A stretch of 64,000 bases of DNA from Octopus sinensis. Taxonomy: Eukaryota. The first letter of the stretch is position 1. Each line of letters begins with the position of its first letter. The notes beneath the pieces are model-generated. The model saw nothing but the letters and a program-made list of their open reading frames with translations. It was not told where the DNA came from and searched no databases. Positions 26,885 to 41,084 of this stretch are shown in pieces. The stretch covers positions 21,080,001-21,144,000 of the forward strand of contig NC_043023.1 of NCBI RefSeq assembly GCF_006345805.1. Reading direction: 5' to 3'. The position numbers and the translations under genes were made by a program.

Positions 26885-27170
26885 TTTTCATCACGTGTTT
26901 TAACTTCACTACCGAGCGCAGCTCTGTGTGCCTTGGGTATGTGCTGTGGTTTGTTGTGATGCTCTTACTTTTACTGTATTGAAAGTGTTTTACGTAGAAT
27001 GTGTGCGGTGCCTAGTAGTTCTATTTTTTATATGTTATATATATTTGTAAGTCCTGGTGTTTTTGTTATGTATTTGTTTGAATATTTTTTATCATACCTA
27101 ATACACCTACTATGATAGGAATTGTTTCTGTTTTTAGATTCCACATTCGAGTTACCTCTATTTACAGGTC

Positions 27171-27173
<3 letters not shown>
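26885..27173 (-). mobile_element. R4/Dong-clade LINE, short 3' fragment
   Basis: Homologous to 27624-27920. Its 5' end fuses directly to (TAA)n at the KDL codons. Confidence 0.8.
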
Positions 27174-27236
<63 letters not shown>

Positions 27237-27473
27237 GTTATTATCATCATCATTATTATTATTTTCATCAGTATCTGTTTCCATTTCTTGCCGAGTGTCT
27301 TCCTGACACCTAGGGCAGAGAAACGCACGTTAGTAGGCCGTTAAAACAAACACACCAGATTGTTCATTTACAGAGTCGAGTGACAGAGAAAATATTTAAA
27401 AAAAACCCCAGAAAAGTAAACAAATAAAGTAAAGGGGTGGGAGGAGAGAAAATTCACAGCGACAATTGCTTAC

Positions 27474-27505
<32 letters not shown>

Positions 27506-27529
27506 CAATAATCATCATCATTATTTATA

Positions 27530-27569
<40 letters not shown>

Positions 27570-27580
27570 CATTATTATTA

Positions 27581-27623
<43 letters not shown>

Positions 27624-27626
<3 letters not shown>

Positions 27627-28363
27627 TAGTTTTATTTTTATCGCGTGCTTTCACTTCACTACCGAGCGCAGCTCTGTGTGCCTTGGGTAGGTGCTGTGAT
27701 TTGTTGTGATGCTCTGATGGTTATTGTATGGAAAGTGTTCGGCGTCGGATGTGTGCAGTGCCTAGTAGTGCAATTTTCTGTATGTTATATGTGTTTGTAA
27801 GTCCTGGTGTTTTTGTTATGTATTTGTCTGAATATTTTTTTATCATGCCTAATGCACCTACTATGATAGGAATTGTTCCTGCTTTTAGATTCCACATTCT
27901 GGTTACCTCTATTTCCAGGTCTTTGTATTTTGAAAGTTTCTCCATTTCTTTTAGAGACACGTTGTCTTCTGCCGGTATTGATACATCAATTAGAAAGCAT
28001 TTTTTTTCTTCATGATCTCTGACAACTATATCTGGTCTGTTGGCCTTCACTTCTCTATCTGTGTGTATTGGCATATCCCAGAGTATGGTTGCTTTCTCGT
28101 TTTCTGTGACCTTTTCTGGTGTGTGCCTATACCATCTTTTTTCTGTTGTTATTCCATAATGTTGGCATAGCTTCCAATGTATGTAGGTCCCAACTCTGTC
28201 ATGTCTGTGAATATATTCCTTCTTAGCCAGGACTGGGCAGCTAGAGATAATATGATTTATTGTTTCTTGTCCATCTCCACATATTCGACAGTTACTTGTT
28301 ATGTTTCTTTTTATTACGTGTTTTTGGTAATTTCTGGTGGGGAGGCTTCGGCCTTGTGCTGCA

Positions 28364-28366
<3 letters not shown>
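27624..28366 (-). mobile_element. R4/Dong-clade non-LTR retrotransposon 3' fragment (CCHC finger plus restriction-like endonuclease)
   Basis: CRICGDGQETINHIISSC (CCHC), RHD, RPD...LIDVSIP...K..KY (PD-D/ExK). Stop at 27721, then a 3' UTR running into (TAA)n. (TAA)n lies on both sides. Confidence 0.9.
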
Positions 28367-28426
<60 letters not shown>

Positions 28427-28433
28427 GTTATTG

Positions 28434-28489
<56 letters not shown>

Positions 28490-28496
28490 GTTATTG

Positions 28497-28554
<58 letters not shown>

Positions 28555-28586
28555 CATTAGCATTATCCTTATCATTATTATTATTA

Positions 28587-28620
<34 letters not shown>

Positions 28621-28637
28621 CATTGTTGTTGTTGTTG

Positions 28638-28714
<77 letters not shown>
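28367..28714. repeat. (ATT)n/(GTT)n microsatellite
   Basis: Visible directly. Confidence 0.95.
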
Positions 28715-28976
28715 GAGTTAGAGAGCAGAGCATGCCATCAAAGTGACACTGGGGTACAAATATACGAAGCCCAGTATACCCATCATGACTACCCGTGTGA
28801 TAAGGGTACACCAGGCACATGCATCACAACCATGTGTGCGCGACATGGTGATCTCATATCAAGATAAACAGCACATGACCTTGCAGGTGGGGCCCAGGTA
28901 GAATTTTCTTCTGGTCGAGTAACCCATCCCGCTCAAAAGGTCCTTGAATTAGGATCGTTTAAGGATGTTGAACGAA
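28715..28976 (-). mobile_element. Unclassified segment ending in (TAA)n on the minus strand, possibly another LINE/SINE 3' end
   Basis: Complex sequence abutting the TAA tract in the same orientation as the R4 fragments. Single copy here. Confidence 0.35.
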
Positions 28977-29069
28977 GCCGCCACCAAAATCCACCCCTCA
29001 CCACCACCCATAACCACTACCATCATCATCATTATCGTTATCAACTGAACTATATATGAAATTATGAAT

Positions 29070-29141
29070 TTAGTTCACGGACCTCAGGTACTACCTTTGC
29101 GGACCACCAGGGGTCCGCGGACCCCTAGTTGGGAACCACTG
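29070..29141. mobile_element. hAT/Charlie-type MITE terminus
   Basis: ggggtccgcggacccctagttgggaaccactg is the reverse complement of a CAGTGGTTC(C/T)CAAC-type TIR. Confidence 0.5.
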
Positions 29142-29154
29142 CACTCGTGCAATT

Positions 29155-29592
29155 CTGTCTCTCTTTTTCTCTCTCTCTCTCTTCCTCCCTTCTTCCTTCC
29201 TTTCTTTCTCTCTCCCTTCCTCCCTCTCTCTCTCTCCCTCTCTTTCTCTCTCTCTCTTCCTCCCTTCTTCCTTCCTTTCTTTCTCTCTCCCTTCCTCCCT
29301 CTCTCTCCCCCTCTCTCTTTCTTCCTCCCTCTCTCTTTCCCCCTTTCTCTCTCTCTCTCTTCTCTCTCTCTCTCTTCCTCCCTTCTTCCTTCCTTTCTTT
29401 CTCTCTCCCTTCCTCCCTCTCTCTCTCCCCTCTCTCTCTTCCTCCCTCTCTCTGTCTCCCTCTTTCTCTCTCTCTCTCTCCTCCCTTCTTCCTTCCTTTC
29501 TTTCTCTCTCCCTTCCTCCCTCTCTCTCTCCCCTCTCTCTCTTCCTCCCTCCGTCTCCCCCTCTCTCTCTCTTCCTCCCTCTCTCTGTCTCC

Positions 29593-29625
<33 letters not shown>
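29155..29625. repeat. CT-rich minisatellite
   Basis: cttcctcccttcttccttcctttctttctctctcccttcctccc recurs at least 4 times. Confidence 0.85.
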
Positions 29626-29904
29626 ACAGCACTGCCCCTACAGAAACGTTATTAGAATGTCGCTGTATACACAAACACAAACACACATCTTTGTCTCCAA
29701 CTTCCCCCCCCCCACTGTTATATCTTCATTCTATATGTCACCAGGAGACCCGCGGCGATGCCTGCGGCGGATCGTGACTTCATGGCGGCCCAAAGCAATC
29801 AACTAAAGTATGATACACATTGGCAATCTGTACCAGTTCCCGGGTGATGGTTGAATCAATATTTTTGTTGTATTTACTCTTTTGTTATAATCGTAAACGG
29901 GGCT

Positions 29905-31055
29905 AAGGCGGCGAACTGGCAGAAACGTTAGCACGTCGGGCGAAATGCTTAGCGGTATTTCTTTACATTCTGAGTTCAAATTCCGCCGAGGTCGACTTTG
30001 CCTTTCATCCTTTCGGGGTCGATAAATACCAGTTACGCACTGGGTCGATGTAATCGACTTAACCCGTTTGTCTGTCCTTGTTTGTCCTCTCTGTGTTTGG
30101 CCCCTTGTGGGTAGTAAAGAAATAGGCATTTCGTCTGTCGTTACGTTCTGAGTTCAAATTCCGCCAAGGTCGACTTTGCCTTTCATCCTTTCGGGGTCGA
30201 TAAATTAAGTACCAGTTACGCACTGAAGTCGATATAATCGACTTAATCCGTGTGTCTGTCCTTGTTTGACCCTCTGTGTTTAGCCCCTTGTGGGTAGTAA
30301 AGAAATAGGCATTTCGTCTGTCGTTACGTTCTGAGTTCAAATTCCGCCGAGGTCGACTTTGCCTTTCATCCTTTCGGGGTCGATAAATTAAGTACCAGTT
30401 GCGCACCGGGGTCGATATAATCGACTTAACTCCTTTGTCTGTCCTTCTTTGTTCCCTCTGTGTTTAGCCCCTTGTGGGTAGTAAAGAAATAAAAATTGTT
30501 AGCACACCGGGTGAAATGCTGAGCGGTATTTCGTCTGGCGCTACGTTGTGAGTTCAAATTACCCCGAGTTCGACTTTGCCCTTCGTCCTTTCGGGGTCGA
30601 TAAAATAAGTACCAGTTCGACTTAATCCGTGTGTCTGTCCTTGTTTGTCCTCTCTGTGTTTAATACCTTGTGGGTAGTAAAGAAATAGGTATTTCATCTG
30701 CCGTTGCGTTCTGAGTTCAAATTACCCCGAGGTCGACTTTGCCCTTCGTCTTTTAAGTTCGATTAAATAAGTACCAGTTACGCACTGGGGACCATGTAAT
30801 CGACTAAATCCGTTTGTCTGTCCTTGTTTGTCCTCTCTGTGTTTAGCCCCTTGTGGGAAATAAAGAAATAGGTATTTCGTCTGCCGTTATGTTCTGAGTT
30901 CAAATTCCGCCGAGGTCGACTTTGCATTTTATCCTTTTGGGGTCGATAAATTAAGTACCAGTTACGCACTGAGGTCGATATAATCGACTTAATCCGTCTG
31001 TCTGTCCTTGTTTGTCCTCTCTGTGTTTAGCCCCTTGTGGGTAGCAAAGAAATGG
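29905..31055 (+). mobile_element. SINE B multimer, 6 modules (head plus 3, partial head plus 3)
   Basis: Module ends (gtaaagaaata) near 30125, 30310, 30490, 30688, 30871 and 31053. Confidence 0.9.
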
Positions 31056-31524
31056 GTATTGATGTTCGTGACTGCTTTCACTTAACCGTTTCTTTGTTAA
31101 ATTTCTCCATTTTTTTTTCATGAAACATAATTTTTTAATTCGTTTTTCATTGATCCGCATGAGGATTTATCGATTTTAATTCTTTAACCATTTCGACCTT
31201 TAGATTCTTCTCATTTTCAATCTTGAGAATTCTACACTCTGAAAATTCTTTTTTTCGAACAGACTGGTATTACTATTTCTGTGTTGTTTAGATTTTGTTC
31301 GCCTTTCCTTAGTCAATATTCTGCAGGTAATTTAAGACATCTTCTTCCAATATTTTATTTTTACTTATTTTTTTTTTCTTTTCAGCTACATTTAGTGTTA
31401 CTTGGGGCTTTCTATTCTCAAACTCAAACTTTAGAACTTATTTTATTATCCTTTTTTTTCATTTTCCTTATATCTTTATATATATATGTGTGTGCGTGCG
31501 TGTGTCCAATATTATGTATGTAGA

Positions 31525-33466
<1,942 letters not shown>

Positions 33467-34110
33467 GTGCAGTCTTCTTGCACCTACAGAGCATCTCAAC
33501 AGGCATGATAGAGCTGCACAATATATATTTACTGGGTAATTTGCAAAAACCTGGATTTGCCCCATGAAAAAAAACTGGTGGGAACACAAACCACCTCCAG
33601 TGCTTGAAAATGACCACATCTCACTCCTCTGGAACTTTATCGTTCAAACTGACAGAAAGATAGATGCAAATAGGCCAGACATCATATTGAAATACTTCAG
33701 ACAAAGAACATGCCTCCTCATTGATATGACTGTCCCAATCGATATAAACGTATTTGTCAAGACCTACCAAAAACTGAGCAAATATAAAGATCTTGAAATA
33801 GAAATTAGAAAAATGTGGAACCTGAAGACTAAAACAATACCTGTTGTCATAGGTGCCCTGGGAATGATAGCAAAAGGGGCTGATTGCTACCTAACTCAGA
33901 TACCAGGAAACCCAAAAATGGCAGAAATTCAAAAGATAGTGCTTATGGGAACTGCTCATATCCTACGCAAAATACTTTCTATGTAATCTCAAGTATTAAA
34001 ACAAACATAGTTTTCTTATGGTTTCTTAAACATTCACTAGTACAATACTAAGTACAAAACCAAATATATATGGTACCCTAGGCATAACAACAACATGAAC
34101 TTCCAACTTG
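33467..34110 (+). mobile_element. Second R4/Dong-clade family, 3' fragment with one frameshift
   Basis: CSLLAPTEHLNRHD then ...RPDIILK...LIDMTVP...KLSKYKDLEIEIRKMWNLKT...GALG. Begins directly after (AAT)n. Confidence 0.88.
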
Positions 34111-34362
34111 TCTGAGCTTCATCTGAGCTATTTTGTACGTCAGAATGACTAAGAATAGGTGTTAGGATGTTTTTCTAAACTGATAAACTAGAAGATAAAG
34201 TAATGGAATCGAAAAGAGGTCAATTTTCAAAACATTGATATCCAGATGACAAAAACAAACTTTGGCTTGAATAATAGTGACATCCTTTGATTTCTTGATA
34301 GAAGCAACTAGGAAATAACACCCAAAAACACCCAAAAACAAAAAAACATTAAAATTTTGTTA

Positions 34363-34964
34363 GGTGCAGGAGTGGCTGTGTGGTAAGTAGCTTGCTTACC
34401 AACCACATGGTTCCGGATTCAGTCCCCCTGCGTGGCACCTTGGGCAAGTGTCTTCTGCTATAGCCCCGGGCCGACCAATGCCTTGTGAGTCGATTTGGTA
34501 GACGGAAACTGAAAGAAGCCTGACGTATATATGCATGTATATATATCTGTGTGTGTGTGAGTGGCTGTGTGGTAAGTAGCTTGCTAACCAACCACATGGT
34601 TCCGGGTTCATTCCCACTGCGTGGCACCTTGGGCAAGTGTCTTCTGCTATAGCCCCGGACCGACCAGTGCCTTGTGAGTGGATTTGGTAGACGGAAACTG
34701 AAAGAAGCCTGTCGTATATATGTATAGATATATGTGAGCGTGTGTGTTTGTATGTCTGTGTTTGTTCCACTAGCATTGCTTGACAACCGATGCTGGTGTG
34801 TTTACGTTCTCGTCACTTAGCGGTTCGGCAAAAGAGACCGATAGAATAAGTACTGGGCTTACAAAGAATAAGTCCCGGGGTCGATTTGCTCGACTAAAGG
34901 CGGTGCTCCAGCATGGCCGCAGTCAAAGGACTGAAACAAGTAAAAGAGTAAAGAGTAAAGAGTA
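34363..34964 (+). mobile_element. SINE A with a tandemly duplicated 5' half
   Basis: Head to microsatellite occurs twice (34363-34555 and 34559 onward), then one 3' half. Confidence 0.9.
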
Positions 34965-35119
34965 TGGTTATCTCATGTCTGGTGTACCCTGCTCCGAGTT
35001 AGAGTATGCCTAAGAACAATAATAGCGGGGAGATGGTACCACATTTTTCAAAAACTAACGAACCAGAGCCCCACTACCAGATGCAGTTGAAAATCGTCAT
35101 ACTCAGGACATCCAATATG

Positions 35120-35280
35120 TATGAAATCACCAATATAACTAAGAATATCTAATATCTCTTAATTGAAAGGTTTCCAGCCATACATAAAATTCACAAGCCA
35201 TTCAACAGTAATAATGTTGAAATTAGTTATTGTTGCCAAGATAGCGTCTCTTCTCTGATCTTACATTATAATTCGTTACG
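35120..35280 (+). mobile_element. Penelope-like element ORF remnant (RT to GIY-YIG linker)
   Basis: Translates IERFPAIHKIHKPFNSNNVEISYCC...HYNS, resembling the PLE linker pattern HFP..H.LHKIFN.N.VK.SYSC (recalled, not searched). Confidence 0.5.
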
Positions 35281-35819
35281 ATACAAACATACACACATAG
35301 TCAAACACACATATACTCAAACACACATGCAATAGCACACGCATACGCAAAAATGTACACAGAAACACACACATAGTTCCCTACTCGCTCTCCAACAACC
35401 ATCTTACAACTTCAGTAAACCCAGAATTGTGTATATAAGAGACTCTTTCTCCTATGTAGACTTCTGTGTGCGTGTGTGTGAATGGGTAGATGGGTGTGTA
35501 TCAAATTGAAATTATTATTTTAAAGCTACAATAAAAGAATATTTACGGAAGGAAATTCTGTACTATAATCAAATTTATTATAAAATTTGTGTTTCAGTTT
35601 CGCCTGACAGCTTATTCGACCATCGGATATTTACACAATATTTGCATCAGTCTATAATGTAGGAATTCTAATCTTTTATGCTTTATTTTTTGCTTGTTTC
35701 CGTCTTTAGGTTGTGGCCATGCTGGGGCACCGCATCGAAAATTTTAATATGAATCGACCACAGTACTTATGTTTTTAAGCCTTGCACTTACTCTGTCGGT
35801 TACCTATCGCTGAACCGCA

Positions 35820-36230
35820 GTCTTTAGACTTATTTATAAACTGCCATATTAGTAAGGCGATAACTATTAATACCCAGTAACGCTGCTGTAATCTCCTTTA
35901 GAGAGACTTAGTAATTTTAATATTTCTATTATTGAAAACAAGTGGATGTATTCCACTGTAACTAGGTAAATAAAATCTTCGAATAGACGGCCAGTAGCGA
36001 CACCTGCTGGTTCTGGCTACGCTGCATTGATAAAGGGCAACAACCCTGAAACATGTCTGCAGATGTCTGTCTAGCAAGGTGAAGCGGCTGACCGCCCCTG
36101 TTCGAAGGTTGTAATGGACGCAGGTTCGTGTGTCAAATAGCTAGCTAGAGGCGGTGGCCTCTTTGAGCTAATCAGCGACAGCTTTAGTCTTATTTATAGA
36201 CTGTCATATTAATATGGCGATAACTATTAA
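35820..36230 (+). mobile_element. ~360-bp hammerhead-containing repeat, ~1.1 tandem units (retrozyme-like or PLE pLTR-like)
   Basis: ggcgataactatta recurs at 35856 and 36216. Homologous to 58632-59218. Confidence 0.75.
36021..36062 (+). ncRNA. Minimal type-I hammerhead ribozyme, U3-A8 core variant
   Basis: [g]ctgca TTGATAA aggg-caacaa-ccct GAAAC at GTC| tgcag. Predicted cleavage after 36057. Confidence 0.75.
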
Positions 36231-36246
36231 TATATATATATATATA

Positions 36247-36408
36247 GGCGCAGGAGTGGCTGTGTCGTAAGAAGCTTGCTTCCAGCCACATGGTTCCAGG
36301 TTCAGTCCCACTGCAGAGCACCTTGGGCCAGTGTCTCCTACTATAGCCTCGAGCCAACCAAAGCCTTGTGAGTTGATTCGGTGGACGGAAACTGAAAGAA
36401 ACCCATCG
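36247..36408 (+). mobile_element. SINE A 5' half
   Basis: Head up to the internal microsatellite. Confidence 0.85.
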
Positions 36409-36409
36409 T

Positions 36410-36494
<85 letters not shown>

Positions 36495-36591
36495 TATATA
36501 TACATACATAAATGTGTGTGTATGTGTGTGTGTATATATGTGTATATATGTGTGTGTATGTGTGTGTATATGTGTGTGTGAAGGCCAGCAA

Positions 36592-36747
36592 TTTCGGAGT
36601 GGAGTAAGTCGATTACATTCATCCCAGTGTTCAACTGGTACTACTTTTATCGGCCACAAATGCATGGAAGGCAATATCACTTCGGGACGTAAACTAGAGA
36701 CGAAATGCCGCTAAGCATTTTACCCGTCGTTCTAACGGTTCTGGCAA
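36592..36747 (-). mobile_element. Old SINE B-related fragment
   Basis: taagtcgattacat...ctggtac...gaaatgccgctaagcatttt. Confidence 0.6.
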
Positions 36748-36838
36748 TGGTTGAGTGGAACGGAAACGTTTAGAAATGGTATCATTTATGGAAGCAAAGA
36801 TTAACATATATATATATATATTAATAGTAAGTCATTTA

Positions 36839-38297
36839 GGATCTTTTCGGTTTGAACGGCAGTTTATTCTAGCGGTGTCATATGAAATTGTCACCCATAA
36901 TTATGACCCTAGTATCGATCTATTGCATTTCAATCTGTTTTAGGGTTAGGGGTAGGGGAAGGGTATTTTTTCTTTCTTCAGAAATGTAAATAAACCCAAT
37001 CTGTTTCTTAAACGAGGGTCATATTCATACGGCACAGAATGTTTTTTTACCTCAATGGACGTCATTGATTGGTTGAAATTGCCGAAATGCAAGAAATTTA
37101 GCAAGAAATAGCTTACAAACAACAGAATATGGATCTTTTTGGTTTGAATGGTAGTTTTTTCTAGCGGTGTCATATGAAATTGTCACCCATAATTATGACC
37201 CTAGTATCGATCTATTGTATTTCAATCTGTTTTAGGATTAGGGGTGGGGGAAGGGTATCTTTTCTTTCTTCAGAAATGTAAATAAATCCAATCTGTTTCT
37301 TAAACGAGGGACAAATTCATACGGCACAGAATGTTTTTTACCTCAATGGACGTCATTGATTGGTTGAAATTGCCGAAATGCAAGAAATTTAACAAGAAAT
37401 AGCTTACAGACTACAGAATATGGATCTTTTTGGTTTGAATGGCAGTTTTTTCTAGCGGTGTTATATGAAATTGTCACCCATGATTATGACCCTAGTATCG
37501 ATCTATTGCATTTCAATCTGTTTTAGAGTTAGGGTTAGGGGTAGGAGGAAGGGTATCGTTTTTTTCTTCACAAATGTAAATAAACCCAATCTGTTTCTTA
37601 AACGATGGACATATTCATACGGCACAGAATGTTTTTACCTCAATAGACGTCATTGATTGGTTGAACATGCAGAAATTGAAGGAAAAAACAACAAATGGAT
37701 CTTTTCGGTTTGAACGGCAGTTTTTCCTAGTGGGGTCATATGAAATTGTCACCCATAATTATGATCTATTGCATTTCAATCTGTTTTAGGGTTAAGGTTA
37801 GGGGTGAGGGAAGGATATCTTTTTTCTACACAAATGTAAATAAACCCAATCTGTTTCTTAAACGAGGGACAAATTCAGAATGTTTTTACCTCAATAGACG
37901 TCAGTGATTGGTGAAATTGCAGAAAATGAAGAAAAAACAACAAATATCTTACAAACTATAGAATTTTCTCAATAAAGCCAAGAGAAAAACGTTTTATTTT
38001 GACACATTCTACCAGTATACGAAGTTGAAAAGTGTTTAGTTACCTCGAAATTATGTTTAAAAAACTGCCGTTCAAACCGAAAAGATCCATTTATTTTTAT
38101 CTTTAGATTCTCCTACTTTATTGATGGTTCGCTGTCGACATTGGGGTGTGTGGTTGTTGAGTAATAATAGCTCAGGTTGTGTTTATGCGGAACCGACAAA
38201 ATGTTTTATTTTGACACATTCTACCAGTATACGAAGTTTAAAAGTGCTTAGTTACCTAGAAATTGTGTTAAAACTGCCGTTCAAACCGAAAAGATCC
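36839..38297. mobile_element. Non-autonomous DNA transposon (~27-bp TIR starting GG, 8-bp TSD; Merlin- or hAT-like) with 4 left ends and 2 right ends
   Basis: TIR ggatcttttcggtttgaacggcagttt and aaactgccgttcaaaccgaaaagatcc. Perfect TSD gtcattta (36831-36838, 38298-38305). Confidence 0.88.
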
Positions 38298-38849
38298 GTC
38301 ATTTAGAATGTCGAACAGTTTTTCTATGACTGAAGCATAAAATGATTACCTCCGTTGTAAAAACTGCGACCGCTAGGGAAACGACGTGCGACTGAAGAAC
38401 TTCGACTGTGATTTCACGCAAGTCTATTTTGAATTGTTGTAGATGGTAAAAATGTGTGTGTTTATGAACAAAGCGTCTGTTCTGTTACTCATGTTGCCAG
38501 ACTCTTACTAAGAAATGACAGAGAGACAAATGTCGATACCTCAAAGGATATATATCGGAATATGAACGAGATTGTTTCAGTTCGTTATAGTGTTTGAGTT
38601 TTATTTATTCTGACACTCGGGTGTATAAACAGACGTCCGTTGCTCTACATAATGAAGGGTTGTTATTAAGATGTAACAGCTTCAAAATGAATGCCAACAC
38701 CTCAAAGACAAGAACGGAAAACGCTTTGTAATGTTGTATGAAGCGAAAACCAAAATTATTAGTTAATATCAGACATTGTCGAAGGGTAGAAATCTCTCGA
38801 AACGATGATTATTCTGTGTGTATACAATAAGAATTTTCTCTTTTTTCTC

Positions 38850-39232
38850 TCTTTTACTTGTTTCAGTCATTTGACTGCGGCCATGCTGGAGCACCGCTTT
38901 TAGTCGAGGAGATCGACCCCGGGACTTATTCTTTTGTAAGCCCAGTACTTATTCTATCGGTCTCTTATGCCGAACCGCTATGTGACGGGGACGTAAACAC
39001 ACCAGCATCGGTTGTCAAGCAACGCTAGGGGGACAAACACACACACACAAACACATACACACATACATATATATACATATATATGATGGGCTTCTTTCAG
39101 TTTCCGTCTACCAAATCCACTCACAAGGCATTGGTCGGCCCGGGGCTATAGCAGAAGACACTTGCCCAAGATGCCACACAGTGGGACTGAACCCGGAACC
39201 ATGTGGTTGGTTAGCAAGCTACTTACCACACT
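38850..39232 (-). mobile_element. SINE A with a ~35-bp flanking duplication
   Basis: tgtgtgtatacaataagaa[t/c]tttctcttttttctc at 38815-38849 and 39243-39277. Confidence 0.9.
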
Positions 39233-39360
39233 GCGCCTATTATGTGTGTATACAATAAGAACTTTCTCTTTTTTCTCAAATGTTCTATCAAGATAAGGAG
39301 ACAAAAAGATATTCTATGAATTTCCTTCATCTTTAATTAAATGCCTCACTTCGTAAAATA

Positions 39361-39718
39361 TTTAATTTAATTTAATTTGGCTCAAAAAGCAAAAGCAAGG
39401 CCATGTAGGGGGACAGGGAGTTATGTACAGGGAGGGTAGTCATACAAAGGGTTCAGGCCATTTCTGGTCAAGAGAGACTTTGAACCGAGCGGTCGTCAGC
39501 ATCTTCACTATCTCGTCCGGCAGCTTATTCCACGGATCCGCAACCCGGACGGAGAAAGCCCCTCTCCTTCGATTGAGATGAAATCGTCGTAGATAGAGCT
39601 TTTCGGAGTGACCCCGCAGCCCACGCTCTGGAGCAGGAGTGCAGAACAGCTCTTTCGAGAGGTTACACTTTCCGCTTATGATGTTGTGAGCGAGAATGAG
39701 ATCACCACGGCGTCGTCG
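39361..39718 (-). mobile_element. CR1-clade LINE 3' end
   Basis: Reverse-complement homologue of 41704-42063, with a (TTAAA)n tail. Confidence 0.85.
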
Positions 39719-39992
39719 TTAATTAGTAAGTCGTGAGTTGTATCATACAGACAGCTTCTAAAAAGAATGAAAAAGAACTATACATGAATAGCAAGGACTA
39801 GAAATTTCAAAACCTTCGGATTAATTAAACAAAAGAATTCTATCTATTTTCTCCGTCCATTTTCCTGAGTGGTACACGGGAGTAGAGCAAGCAAGGCCCC
39901 TTTCTTCCACAAGGTTAAATCAGAATCAACCATTATTAGATTTTTTTCGCCTGGATTTCCGACCGTGACCGAAACTATTGAAATTATCCAAC

Positions 39993-40396
39993 CAGGAGTG
40001 GCGGTGTGGTAAGTAGCTTGCTTAACAACCACATGGTTCCGGGTTCAGTCCCACTGCGTGGCACCTTGGGCATGTGTCTTCTGCTATAGCCTCGGGCAGA
40101 CCAAAGCCTTGTGAGTGGATTTGGTAGACAGAAACTGAAAGAAGCCCGTCGTGTATATGTATATATATATATGTGTGTGTGTTTGTGTGTGTATATGTGT
40201 GTGCGTTTGTGTCTGTGTTTTTCCCCCAACATCGCTTAACAACCGATGGTGGTGTGTTTATGTCCCCGTAACTTAGAGGTTCGGCAAAAGAGACCGATAG
40301 AATAAGTACTAGACTTGAATAAGTCCTGGGGTCGATTTGCTCGACTAAAGGCGGTGCTCCAGCATGGCCACAGTCAAATGACTGAAACAAGTAAAG
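39993..40396 (+). mobile_element. SINE A
   Basis: Near-full copy. Confidence 0.9.
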
Positions 40397-40409
40397 GAAA
40401 GGATAAAGG

Positions 40410-40690
40410 ATCTCCTTCTTGCTCCACCCTTGGGCCTCTTGCTGGTTGGCTTAGCCTGAAGAATCCACCTTGAGATTCTTCCCTTTGGCATTCAACGCAA
40501 ATGTCCATATATGGAGTCGGGATCTCTCGGTGTAGAGAAGTAGCGGCTTGACCAGCAGAGACTCTCCGGGGCTCTGCTTATTATCCAACCATTTCATTCT
40601 GGACCCACCCCTAGATCTCTGCTTGACTCGACCGGAAGAACCTTCTAATTCTTTCTTGATCCATACTACCGGATCTGTGACCTCTCAAAT
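40410..40690 (-). mobile_element. Degenerate RTE-type C-terminal remnants
   Basis: ...GRISRWILQAKPTSKRPKGGARR and ...RSRGGSRMKWLDN. Confidence 0.45.
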
Positions 40691-40863
40691 GCCAGAGGCG
40701 TAGGGAGCCGAAAACAAAGCCGTTCCGCATGAACGCACACGGCCCTTAGAAAGCGCTTCTGCTACTACAGTTACTGCTACTGGCTCTACCACTGCTGCCA
40801 CCGCCACCGCCATCACCACCACAACCAACACGAATACCGAAAACAATTTTGCCGCAGCTTTAA

Positions 40864-41084
40864 CCCTTTAGTGCTTGCATTATTCTGCCAAAATTAATCC
40901 CTTTTTATCCACATTGTTTTGAACTAATCATGCATTATCTTGTAGCTATGAGATTTTGATGAGGTAGCTGTTAATTTTTAAAACAATATTGTAGGGTTGG
41001 TGTGAGAGACCAGATCTGGCCAGTTTGAACATAAAACAGACAGAATACTTTTTGTCGGATGTGGCCGGTTTAAATGCTAAAGCG
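40864..41084. mobile_element. piggyBac-type MITE
   Basis: TTAA|CCCTTTAG ... CTAAAGCG|TTAA. Confidence 0.75.

Noticed and set aside
38772-38808. Hammerhead-like string ttgtcgaaggg...ctcgaaacg
   Set aside because: Several core mismatches and no stem I.
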